DNA from: Thermoanaerobaculia bacterium
Lineage (GTDB): Bacteria > Acidobacteriota > Thermoanaerobaculia > UBA5066
DNA: 64,000 bases
Direction of reading: 5' to 3'
Assembly (NCBI GenBank): GCA_963746875.1
Contig: CAVVDA010000006.1
Coordinates: 312,091 to 376,090, forward strand
Position numbers and translations under genes: made by a program. Shown here in pieces: positions 9,339-19,361 of the stretch (its first letter is position 1; each line of letters starts with the position of its first letter). Below the pieces are notes generated by a model. The model was not told the DNA's origin and searched no databases. It saw only the letters and a program-made list of their open reading frames with translations.

Positions 9339-10985
9339 GCCTCGCGGCGCGCCGAGAGGCCGAGCTTGTTGAAGCGCAGACGCACGGCCCGCTCGTCGGC
9401 CGCCGATCCCGTCATCCGCTCGGCCATGCGCGCGAAGTCGCCTTCACACTCGCGAAAGACCTGCCGGAAGGCGGAGCGCTCGAGCTCGCGCCGGAAGCTC
9501 TCGACGCTGTCCACCTTCGGACGCGGAAGCGCGAAGACCTCGCCGGCCGAAGGAACGTCTTCCTGGCGGGCCTCGGCCAGCAGGTCGAAGAGCAGCCGCG
9601 GATCCATCGTGAAGACGACGCGCCCCGCCCGGTCCTTCGCGGCGGCGGTCCGGCCGTACAGCGTGGCCGCGAGGAGATCGGCGAGGACCATCGCGAATTG
9701 CCGCACGTTTCCGGGCCAGGGATGGCGGGCGATCGCCTGCCAGCCCTTGCGCGGAAGGGCGAAGACGACGGGAGCCCGGCTGCGCGCGACTTCGTCCTCG
9801 CCGCGCGCGAGCTCGAACGCATCTTCCCGGTCCGGCTCCGCTCCGCCGGCCGCGCGCACCTGCGCCGCGATCTCCTGGCGGTGTACCGGGTCCGAGAAGA
9901 ACGCCGCGGCGAAGTCGTCGGCGAGGTCCTCGAGGTCCTCTCGCCGCGCCGAAAGGGGCGGCAGCTCGAGCGCGAGCGCGGGGTTGAGGCGCATGAGGAG
10001 GTCCGCGCGGAAGAGTCCGTCCGCGACGCGCTTCCTGAGGTCCGCGTTCGACGCGGCCACGATGCGCGCCGTGTGCGGCAGGACGGCCGTCGCCCCCACG
10101 CGCCGCACGACGCCGTCGTTCAGCGCCGTCAGGAGGGCCTTCTGGGCATCGGAGGAGAGGTTCTCGATCTCGTCGAGAAAGAGCGTCCCGCCCGCGGCGG
10201 CCTCGAAGACCCCCGGGCGATCCGCCACCGATCCCGTGTACGAGCCGCGCACCGAGCCGAAGAGCGCCGCCTGCAGAAGCGTCTCCGGCACCGTCGCGCA
10301 GTCGAAGGAGACGAGCGGCCCCTTGCGGGACGAGAGCGGGTGGATCACCTCTTTCACGAGGAAGTTCTTGCCCGAGCCCGTCGGCCCCGTGAGGAGGAGC
10401 GGCAGCGGCGTGGGCGCGAGGGAGGCGATCCGGCGGCGCAGGTCCCTCATCGCGGCGCCGCGGCCCCAGAAGAACCTGCCCGTCGAGAGAGGCGACTCGC
10501 GCTCGTCGAGCACGCGGCGCACGAGGCGCACGAGCCCCTCGCCCGTCGCCTCGTCCTCGCCCACCGTGTACGTGAACGCGTCGGCGCGAAGACGGCGGGC
10601 CTCGTCCTCGAACGGGATCTCCTCGTGCGCGGTCGTGAGCACGACGGGCAGGTCCGTCTCGCGGTGCCGCAGGCGCTCGAGGATGAAGAGGCCCTGCCGG
10701 TCGCGCCGGTCGCGCCGGTCGCGCTTCCCCGCCGGCGTCTCGCCGAGCGGGCGGCGGTCCGGCAGGAGATCCTCGTCGGAAATGTCGAACCTCAGGTCGA
10801 GGACGACGAGATCCGGAATCCGTCCCGCGCGCGCGAGCGCCGCCTCGGCCTCGGGCCAGCTTCCCGCCCAGGCCTTCTCCGCCGAAGGCCCGAGCAGGAC
10901 CAGGTCGGGCGCGTGGCGCCGCAGGAAATTCCGCGGTCTTCGGCTGATCGTCGACGACGAGGACGCGCGGGCCGCGGGCCGTCAT
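9335..10985 (-). CDS. Sigma-54 enhancer-binding response regulator (REC-AAA+-HTH), one indel near the N-terminus
   Basis: RVLVVDD, PDLVVLD, Walker A GPTGSGKN, GAFTGA variant GSYTGS, Walker B LFLDEI, FRADLLMRL, WPGNVRQ and a Fis-like C-terminus. Confidence 0.9.
10697..10723. repeat. 9-bp tandem repeat (CCGGTCGCG x3) encoding RDR x3 in the receiver insertion
   Basis: Read directly from the sequence. In frame. Confidence 0.8.
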
Positions 10986-11491
10986 CGGCGCGCTCCGAGA
11001 GGCCGCACGATCTCCGGGCCGTCGTCGAGGGCGACTCGGCGGTAGAACGCCGTGCAGGCGCGAGACGCTTCGAGGCAGGCCTCGTCGAGGGAGAGAAGAG
11101 AAGATTCGGAGAGAGGGGAGATCTTGCTTTCGGAAGCCGAAGAAGGAGAAGAAGAAGATTCTTTGAATGGAAGAAGGCGGGAGGCGAGGCGGCCCACGAC
11201 CGCCATGGCCCGCTCGACCGCCTCCAGATCCGGATCGCCGCTCGCAAACAACGGCCCCTCTTCCCTCTTCCACTCGAAGAAGACTTTCCAGAACGTCACG
11301 GCCTGCTCCGCCACCTCTCGTGCGCGGCAGCAGGTCCGCTCGCGAGCCGCGCGCGCAGTTCGTCGGGGTTCGTTTCCCGCTCTTCCGGCGCGCTCCAGCG
11401 CAGCGCCTTGCCCGACGTCGTGCTTCAGGCGAAAGGCTGCGGTTTTTCTCCGCAGCCTCCGGTCTTCATGGTCTTCCGGCGTGCTCGTCAT
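10982..11491 (-). CDS. Small helical protein with a HisKA H-box-like motif (RLKHDVGK), probable indels
   Basis: 169-aa ORF whose stop overlaps the activator ATG. Removing one base after HDVG gives KHDVGKALRWSAP. Confidence 0.6.
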   Translation of the reverse strand: MTSTPEDHEDRRLRRKTAAFRLKHDVGQGAALERAGRAGNEPRRTARAARERTCCRAREVAEQAVTFWKVFFEWKREEGPLFASGDPDLEAVERAMAVVGRLASRLLPFKESSSSPSSASESKISPLSESSLLSLDEACLEASRACTAFYRRVALDDGPEIVRPLGARR

Positions 11492-11501
11492 CCGCGGCCG
11501 A

Positions 11502-13034
11502 TTATCCGCTCAGCCGCTCGGTCATCAGCTGAAGCCGGTTCCAGTCCACGACGCCGGGAGCCGAGTACGGGCGATCGACGAGGACCGGCCGGCGCGCGCC
11601 TTCCGTGTCGCAGAGGACGTGCCGTTTCGGAATCCTCACGCCGTCGGGCGTGAACCCCTCGCAGACGACGAGGAGGAGGCGGCCGTCCGGCGAGAAACCG
11701 AGCGACGTCGTGTAGCGATCCTCTCCCGGCCCCGGCCCGCTCGAGGGACCCGGAGCGCCGACAGGCAGGAGCTCCGGCTCGGCGAGACGCGGCCGGTTCG
11801 ATGACGCGCGCCCGGGCGAGGTCGAGAAGCCGCGTCCTGCGGCGGCCGGCGGTGGGCGCCTCGTCCCACACGAGCTTCTTGCCCGTCGCGTCGAAGGCGA
11901 GACTCGCCGGGTCCGCGCCGACGACGGCGTACGGCTGGATGGCGTCCTTGCCGTCCGGCCGCGTCACGACGAGCAGCGTGACGCCGCCCCGCGCGACGAA
12001 CTGGGCGCGCAGCCCGGAAGCGGAGACGACGGGCTTGTCCGAGACGACCTTGCGCGGAAGCGACTTCGTGAGACGCGCCACGAGGCGGTCGGCCGCGCGG
12101 CGGCGCGCCGCGTCCGGCGTCGTGGCCGTGACCTCGGACGCCGACTCGATCGCGCCGTCGCGGTAAGCCGGCGAAGGCCTCGACGTCGCCGCGGCGGGCG
12201 GCGCCCTCCGCGAGCCACGACAGGAGGCGCGCGCGCTCGAGGAGAAACGGCACGCGGCGCGGGGACGCCGGGAACGAGGCGAGAAACTCGGCCAGGTCCC
12301 GTTCGCGGCGCGAGGCGGCGGCCGCGTCGCCGGGCGCCTGCGGATCCACGACCGGCCCGCAGGCGGTCAGGAGGCGGAGGCGCGCGCGCTCGGCGCGTTT
12401 CCGCGGGAGGAGCGAGGGCGATCAGCGCGGCGGTAGGCCGCGCCGTCGTACCGGTACCCGCTCGCCGTCGCCCTTCGGGACGAGCGTCACGCCCCAGACC
12501 CGCGCGAGGACGACCGAGGCGGGCTCTCGCCCGTCCTTCGCCCGGCCGCGCCGACGCGGCGAGCAGCTCGCCGGCGCGGCCGAGGAGCTCCCACGCCTCG
12601 ACGCGCGAGGCGTCGCGCCGCGTGACTTCGTGGAGGTAGGCGGCCGCGAGGACGGGCCGGTCGTTCGCCTCGAGGAGGAGGCGCGCGTTGCCCACGAGCC
12701 GGTCGATCGGTTCTGCGCGGGTCGTCGAGGACGAAGAACGCCGAGGAGTCGGCCCAGCCGCGCGCCGCGGGAACCGGGCCCCAGGCCGGCGCCGAGACGA
12801 GGACGCGGCTGCCGTTGCGCTCCAGGAGCCGGGCCTGGAGCGCTGGCCGCGACGCGCCCGCCGCGCCCGAAGCCGTCCGCCAGGCGTCTCGCCGAGGACG
12901 ACCGAGCGGAGCGCGACGAGGTCCTTCCCCTCCGGCTCCTCGGCGCGGGCGATCGCCGCGAGGAGGAGGGGCGAGGCGAGGAGGCCGAGGAACGCGAGGA
13001 GCCTGAGGATCGGGGCGACGTAGCGGCGGAACAT
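11502..13034 (-). CDS. Exported hypothetical protein (helical/TPR-like middle, TolB/PD40-like beta C-terminus), with indels
   Basis: RBS GGGAGG, signal peptide MFRRYVAPILRLLAFLGLLASPLLLAAIARA. Stitched frames give SLAFDATGKKLVW and LGFSPDGRLLLV. TAA at 11502-11504. Confidence 0.65.
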
Positions 13035-13081
13035 GTGAACCTCCCGGCGCGGGGTTCGTGTCCGCGCCTGGCCATGGGCCA

Positions 13082-13098
13082 TTTCACGCTTCGTGCCG
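13082..13098 (-). promoter_or_regulatory. Candidate sigma-54 -24/-12 element for the leftward operon
   Basis: Minus strand CGGCACGAAGCGTGAAA: good -24 GGCACG, -12 reads TGA instead of TGC. About 50 bp from ATG 13034. Confidence 0.4.
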
Positions 13099-13141
13099 CG
13101 CGGTCGCGCTCGTCCCGAGCGTTTCCGGCGATGTCCAGTAT

Positions 13142-13171
13142 TATTCGATACGGAGAATATTTCTTCGAATA
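13142..13171. promoter_or_regulatory. AT-rich palindrome TATTCGA-N16-TCGAATA, candidate activator binding site
   Basis: Perfect 7-bp arms at 13142-13148 and 13165-13171 with an inner AGAA-TAT-TTCT. Lies midway between the divergent genes. Confidence 0.5.
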
Positions 13172-13221
13172 GGAAGATGGGCGGAGAGGCGGCGGAGCGC
13201 GCAGGACGGCGTTTCGCCATC

Positions 13222-13238
13222 TGGCACAGGTCGTGGAT
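13222..13238 (+). promoter_or_regulatory. Candidate sigma-54 -24/-12 element for the SPFH operon
   Basis: TGGCACAGGTCGTGGAT: perfect -24 TGGCAC, -12 reads TGG instead of TGC. About 45 bp from ATG 13282. Confidence 0.4.
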
Positions 13239-13281
13239 CTCGTCGTGACGCGCGGCGCTTCCCGCCGCGAAGGAGACGACG

Positions 13282-14556
13282 ATGAACGACGACCTCCCCG
13301 ACCCGCCCGAATCACTCCCGGTCCTGACGACCCGTCCGGGCCTCCGCACGACGACTCAGCGCCCTTCGCGGCGACGGCGACTGGAGGCAACACCTCCCCG
13401 TCCGCAAGGTCCTCCTCGGCAGCGACGCTCGTCGTCGCCCTGTGGTCCGGCGCTCGTCTGGGTCGAGCGCAGCTTCAGGTCCGTCGCGCCCGGCGAGGCC
13501 GGCCTCGTCGTCGGCAAGTTCACCGGCTCCGATGCGGATCGTGTCGCCGGGCAGCCACTTCCTCCCGCGGCTCCCTGTACGTCCTCACGCGCGTCCGGGT
13601 ATCAGACCAGCTCCTCTCGGGCGCCCGCTGCCTCGTTCACCGTCCCGACGCGGGACGGCTTCGCGGTGGGGCTCGTCATCCAGGCGCGCTGGGCTCTCGA
13701 TCGCCGGCAGCTCCTCGCGCGGTGGGCAGGCCTGCCCGCCGACCCGGGGCGCCGAAGTCGTCGGCCCGGTTCTCGCGTCCTCCTTCCGCGCCATCGCTCC
13801 CGAGTACGACGCCCCGTCGCTTCTCGCGAGCAAGCGGGAGGAGCTCGCGGCACGCGCCGCGAAGCAGGCCGGCGAGCGCCTCGCCGAGGCCGGGATCGTC
13901 CTCAAGGACGTGCTCGTCGAGCGACCTCAAACTGCCGATCGAGTTCGAGCGCGGCCGCCTCGCGCTCCTCGAGCAGTCGCAGCTCGTCGAGCGCACCGAG
14001 GCGAACCTCCGCTTCAAGAAGCAGGAGGTCGAGCAGCAGCGGCTCGAGGCCGAGGCGCGCAAGGCCCGCTCCGACAAGGAGGCCGAGGCGGCCGCGAATC
14101 GCCGCCTCATCGAGGCGAAGGCCGAGTCCGACGCGATGGCGTTCATCCTGCCGCTGAAGGAGAAGGGGATCAAGCAGCAGGAGCTCGAGGCCGAAGCGCA
14201 GAAGGCACGCAAGCTGAAGGACGCCGCAGTCGCAGGCCGAGACGATGAAGATCCAGTCCGAGGCCGAGGCCTCGCGGCGCCGGACGATGTCCGAGGCCGA
14301 GGCGTACGCGATTCGCCAGACGTCTCTCGCGCAGTTCGAGAACCTCAAGCGCGAGGTCGAGCTGATCGAGAGGAACCCGACCTGGGTCAACAAGACGCTC
14401 GCCGAGAAGCTCGGCGACAAGGTGCAGGTCATCGTGATGCCGAACCTCACGGCCGACATCCTCGGCAGAACGGGCAAGCGCGTCGCGAGCGGGCAGCCGG
14501 CCTCGCGTCGCGGCGGACTGAGGCAGAGAGAGAGAGAAGAGAAGAGACTTCTATGA
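13282..14556 (+). CDS. SPFH/band-7/prohibitin-domain membrane protein with coiled-coil tail, with indels
   Basis: RBS AAGGAG, N-terminal TM segment, FRSVAPGEAGLVV, VPTRDG..VGL, KREELA..L..AGIVLKDVLV, and an E/A/K-rich coiled coil (LEAEARKA, IEAKAESDA, LEAEAQKA). Confidence 0.8.
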
Positions 14557-15655
14557 AGGTGAAGAGGGTGCCGCGGACGCGGCCTGCGCAGATCGCCATC
14601 GCGCCGCCGCCGTCGCACGCGGCCTCCACCCTCGTCGGCAGAGCCCCCGCCCTTCTCCCCCTCTTCGCCGACTCCCTCTTCGCCGACGGCCCCGAGGGCA
14701 GCCGGAACCTCGTCGTCGTCGGGCGCTACCTCGCGGCCGACGACACGCGCCTCCCGCTCGCGGCGGCGCTCCTCGCGCGGGGCGCGGCCCGCCTCCGGAC
14801 GGAGGGGACGCCCGATCCCCGGGCCGAGGTTCTCCTCGGCGAGACGGCCGAGCGCCTCTCGGCGCGCCCGGGCGCCCCGCCCGACGGGCGTCGCGTTCGC
14901 GGCGCCGCTCGACCCGAAGCTCGGGCGGAAGGTTCGCGTCTACGACGGCGAGGCTTTCCGCCGCGTTCTCGGCGACCTCCCCGCCGACGCCGAGGGGCCG
15001 CTGCGTCGAGCTCCGCGAGCGCGCGCTCGCGGGAGCGCTCCGCGCGCGTTTCCCGCTGCCGGGCCAGACGCTCGATCGTCGAAGTGGGAGGAGACCGTGG
15101 CCTGGCTGACGTTCGCCGAGTCGCGTCCGGACGCCGACGCGTCGCCGAAGGCGTCTCGCGCCGCCTCGAGCGCGCGGCGCCCGACCTCGCGCGCCTCCTC
15201 CTCGCGGCCGGGAAAACGCGACGACCTCGACGGCTCTCGACCGCCGACTCACGGATGCGAGCGCGCGCCTCGAGGCGCTCGAGCCGGATCCCGCGAAGGC
15301 CCGTCGCCTGCGCGACGCGGCGCGCGCGGTCCGGCGCCTGCGCGGCACCGGCGCGTGCGCCCTTTCCCCAGGAGGTCTGGCTCACGCACGGGCCCGGCGC
15401 CCGCGGTCGTCAGGATCGAGGGCGAGATCGGCGAACCTCGCGCTCGTCGTCGGGTCGGGCCCCGGGCGCACCAGGAGCGCGCCGGATCTCGCGACGCGTT
15501 CTCCACGCGCCCGTCCTGCCGGTGCCCGGGACTCCCTCGCGCTCACGACCGACCGGCGCGCCGTGACGTGGCTGGAGGCCGAAACCCCGACCCGGCTCGC
15601 GCGCGTCGCGTTCGCGCTCGACGGGTCGGGGCCCGTCGCTCGTCACAGATCGTGA
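14553..15655 (+). CDS. Hypothetical protein, apparent paralogue of 11502-13034, with indels
   Basis: ATG overlaps the SPFH stop (ATGA). Shares LAAAxL, LLGxxxExL, YDGxAxRxxL and SLAx6WxEA-like blocks with 11502-13034. Confidence 0.55.
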
Positions 15656-16621
15656 TATTCGAGCCGGATCTTCGTCTCCGCGAAAGTCTTCCCGTCCACC
15701 TCGACGTACGGGTAGATGAAGAAGTTCAGCGGGCCGTCCTTCTGGGGCGGGGAGAGCGTGAGGTCGCGGCCGGTCGTGATGTCGAAGCGGTCCGGGTCGA
15801 GGTTGCCGAAGAGGTACGCCTTCTTCACGGGCTCTTTCGTCTTCGCGGCGTCCGACGCGTCGACCGGCACCCAGCCCTGCCCGGGCGCCCAGAACTCGGC
15901 CCAGCAGTGGTATCCGGGAACGGAGCCTTCCTTCTCGGGCTTCAGCGGGAAGCCGATGGAGAAGCGCACCGGGATCCCCTCGGCGCGCGCGAGCGCCATG
16001 AACGCCGAGTGGAAATCCGTGCAGTTCCCCTTCTTCACGTCGCAGAACCGCTCCGAGTCGCCCTTGCCCCAGCCCGGCGCCGTCTTGTCGTACGTGCCGT
16101 TGTCGACGAGATAGTCGTAGAAGGCCCGCGCCTTCGAGACGGCGTCGGTCTTTCCCGCCGACAGCGTGCGGGCGAGCTCCTTCACGCGGGGCGTGAGCGG
16201 CACGAGCCGGTTCGCCTTCAGCAGCTCCGCCGCGCCGGGAGGCTCGGCCCCCTTCGCGCTGCCCGGAGCGGGCGCCACGGCTTCGCGCCTCGTGACGCGA
16301 TACGTGGCCTTGACCTCGAGGTCCTTCCCGAGCTGCTCGGGCTTGTCGAGGACGAAGTGCGCGAGCCGGTTTCCCGCCGAGTCCGTTTCGAGCGTGAACG
16401 GGGCGGGCGCCTGGACCTTCACGTCGGCGACCGATCTGATACGGGCCGTCCGACGGCAGCGGGATCCAGACCTCCGCCTTCTTCGCCGTGGCCGGAAGAG
16501 CCGCGATCGTCCCGACGTACGTGGCCTCGAAGGACCTCACCGCGGGCGCCTTCGTGCCGGCTACGACGAGGGCCCCCGAGAAGCGACGAGAAGGCACGGC
16601 GGCGGCACAGAGCTTCTTCAT
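15643..16621 (-). CDS. Transglutaminase-like domain protein (probably exported), one or more indels
   Basis: Catalytic motifs GNCTDFH, HCWAEF and WVPVD. N-terminal VWIPLP in the adjacent frame. Confidence 0.85.
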
Positions 16622-16664
16622 GGCTCCCTCCGGGCGGGATTCTAGGGACGGTTGCGTCCGGTTC

Positions 16665-17218
16665 TCAACCCGCGAGTGAAAGAAAGTGGAACGCCGCGAT
16701 CACCAAAGAGTGCGTGATGCGGCCGCGCCGGATGAGACCCGGGAATGCCGGGCCAGCGGCACGAGCTCGACGGCGAGGTCCTCGCCCGCGTCGGGGATGA
16801 GCTCGCCGACGGGCCGGCAGCCGCGCGCGAGATACGTCGTGCATCGATTCGACTGGATGGCGGGGTTCGGATGCACGACGCCGAGGCGCTTCCAGCTCCG
16901 CGCCACGTGGCCCGTCTCCTCGCGCAGCTCGCGGCGGGCCGCGACGAGAGCCGAGCCGTCGTGAGCCTCCACGCCGCCGCCCGGGATCTCCAGCGTGACC
17001 GAGCGCGTGCCCGCCCGGAACTGTCTCACGAGGACGACCTCGTTCCGGTCCGTCAGCGCGATCACGTTCACCCAGTCCGGGCAGTCGAGAACGTAGAAAG
17101 GGTGCGGGAGATTCGTCCGGGGAGAACGCAGCATCTCGCGCCGCACGGAGAAGACCTTGAAGGCGCCGAGCTCCTCGCGGGAGATGAGGGGCCAGATCGA
17201 AGGAGAGGTCCTCTTCAC
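16665..17218 (-). CDS. NUDIX hydrolase (ADP-ribose pyrophosphatase-like), indel near the C-terminus
   Basis: VLVRQFR, Nudix box EIPGGGVEAHDGSALVAARRELREETG. GTGA overlap with the NYN gene. Confidence 0.9.
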
Positions 17219-18202
17219 CCGTTCCCGAAGCCCGTGACGATGTACGAGCCGCTCTTCGCGTCGCGCTTCAGCGAGATGACGCTTCGCCTTCTCGGCCGCC
17301 TCGAGCAGCTCCGAGAAGGCGCGGAAACCGTAGTAGCTCTCGTTGAACGACGGGTTCTTGCGCTGCATGGTCTGCTTGACCATCGAGCCCCAGAGGATCT
17401 CCTTGTTCTCGCGCTTCAACGCGAGGATGGAGTCCATCAGCAGGGAGAACGCCTCGGCCGTCTTCTCGGGCAGGCCCAGGAGAGACGCCGTCTTCGTCTT
17501 CTCGCGGACGAGGTCCTCGTAGTAGAGGAACTCGTCGCAGTTGTCGATGAGGAGCTCCGAGGTCGAGCCCTTCACGCCGAAGCCGAGGACCTGCTTGTTG
17601 TTCTCCTTCAGCTTCGAGACGAGAGGCGAAAAATCCGAGTCGCCCGACCCGATGACGAACGTCGTGATGTGCTCCTTGTTCGAGGCGAGGTCCATCGCGT
17701 CCACGACCATCCGGATGTCGGCCGAGTTCTTCCCGGTCATGCGGTGCTGCGGGATGTCGATGAGCTCGAAGGCGCTCTCGTGGAAGGCGCGCTTGTATTC
17801 CGTGTAGCGGCTCCAGTCGGCGTACGCGCGCTTGACGACGATCTTCCCCTTCTCGAGGAGCCGCGAGATGAGGAGCTTGACGTCGAACTTCGGATGTCCG
17901 CTCTCGCGCAATCCGATGAGCAGGTTGTCGATGTCGATGAAGAGGGCGAGATTCTGTTCTTCCTGATTCATGGCTCCTGCCGGCGGCGGCGTTCCCATTC
18001 CCTCGATGAAATTCGACATGGCGAGGGCAGGGGGCGGGGGCGCAAAAGCTGGCTCGGCTTCGGGAAACGGGGCGTCGGCGAGGTCCTCGGGGGCCGTCGT
18101 CTTGGCGGCCGAGCGTCCGCGCCCGCCGCGCCGGCGGCGCCGGGCGCCGCCCGCGGCCTTCGGGGCGGCGTCGTTCACGAAACCTCTGTCACGGAGCGCC
18201 AT
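17215..18202 (-). CDS. NYN (LabA/DUF88, PIN-like) protein with C-terminal OST-HTH/LOTUS domain
   Basis: ALFIDIDN, RAYADW, KNSADIRMVVDAMD, SGDSDFSPLV, CDEFLYYE and FNESYYGFRAFSELL. Confidence 0.9.
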
Positions 18203-18248
18203 TGTCGCACGGTTCGAAGGTGCATCGCCGGATGCGAGAATCCCGGCC

Positions 18249-19361
18249 ATGGACCCTTCACTCCTTCTCTTCGATCTCACCGGCCGCGGCGCGGTGATCC
18301 TCACCGGCAAGGACCGCGCTTCGTTCCTCCACGGCCTCGTCACGAACGACATCAAGAAGCTCACGCCCGGCACGGGCTGCGCGGCGGCCTTCCTCACGCC
18401 GAAGGGAAAGCTCCTCGCCGACTGCGTCGTCCTGTGCGAAGAGGACCGCCTCGAGATCGACTGCGAGCCGGAGCTCGCGAAGAAGATCGAGGATTTGCTT
18501 CGGAAGTACCTGGTCTTCAACGACGTCCAGATCGGCAACGACACCGAGCAGACGGCCGTCTTTCACCTCCAGTATTCGGCGGCGGGAGGCGCGGTCGAAG
18601 AGTTGCCGGCCGTCGGCTTCCAGATGGCGGCGGGGGACGCGGTCGAAGATTTTCTTAGAACGGTAATGAGCAAAGAGCCGGGCGGCGCGGGCGACGCATG
18701 GCCGCGCGACGCTCACTCGCACGCCGCGGCGAGGGTGCAGCTCCCGCCCCCATTACCATTCAAAGAAAAACCACCAACTCCCGGTGCTCCACAGCCAGCA
18801 GGCGACGAGCCGGCGTTCCCATCCGCCTCGTCCGACTCGTCCGCGAGAACCGCACCGGCGTTCCGGGCTACGACGTCCGCTGTCCCTGCTTCCCATTCAG
18901 AAGAAATCCGAAAGGCGTTCCTCGTCGCCGGGGCGCGGCAGGCTTCGGACGCCGACCTGGAGCGCCTGCGCATCCAGGCGGGCATCCCGCGCTGGGGCTT
19001 CGAGCTGACGGAAGCCGTCCTGCCGGACGAAGCCGGGCTGAGGGAGCGGGGGTTCATCTCCGACACCAAGGGCTGCTACATCGGACAGGAGACGGTGGCC
19101 CGCATCAAGACGTACGGCCACGTGAATCGCACCCTCGTGCGCCTCCTTCTCGAAGGGGAAGCTCCCGCATCCGGCAACGAAATCGTATTCGAGGGAGAGA
19201 AGGTGGGTGCCGTGACCAGCGCCGCCCGCGCGGCAGGCTCCGGGCCGGCGACCGCCCTCGGGTACGTGAGGCGCGAGCGGGCCGCACCCGGCACGCGCCT
19301 CCAGATCCGCACGAGAGACGGCGACCGCCCCGCGACGGTATCGGCGCCGCGCGTTGACTGA
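18249..19361 (+). CDS. ygfZ: YgfZ/GcvT-family folate-binding protein
   Basis: GKDRASFLHGLVTNDI, LTPKGK and the signature KGCYIGQE. Confidence 0.85.
   Translation: MDPSLLLFDLTGRGAVILTGKDRASFLHGLVTNDIKKLTPGTGCAAAFLTPKGKLLADCVVLCEEDRLEIDCEPELAKKIEDLLRKYLVFNDVQIGNDTEQTAVFHLQYSAAGGAVEELPAVGFQMAAGDAVEDFLRTVMSKEPGGAGDAWPRDAHSHAAARVQLPPPLPFKEKPPTPGAPQPAGDEPAFPSASSDSSARTAPAFRATTSAVPASHSEEIRKAFLVAGARQASDADLERLRIQAGIPRWGFELTEAVLPDEAGLRERGFISDTKGCYIGQETVARIKTYGHVNRTLVRLLLEGEAPASGNEIVFEGEKVGAVTSAARAAGSGPATALGYVRRERAAPGTRLQIRTRDGDRPATVSAPRVD

Noticed and set aside
8019-11653. Very long plus-strand ORFs (1008 and 1058 aa)
   Set aside because: Antisense shadows of the kinase and activator genes in high-GC DNA. 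Arg/Pro/Ala-rich with no motifs.
16700-18544. Apparent NYN-NUDIX fusion
   Set aside because: An indel near 17280 causes it. The NYN C-terminus ends at TGA 17215-17217, overlapping the NUDIX GTG.
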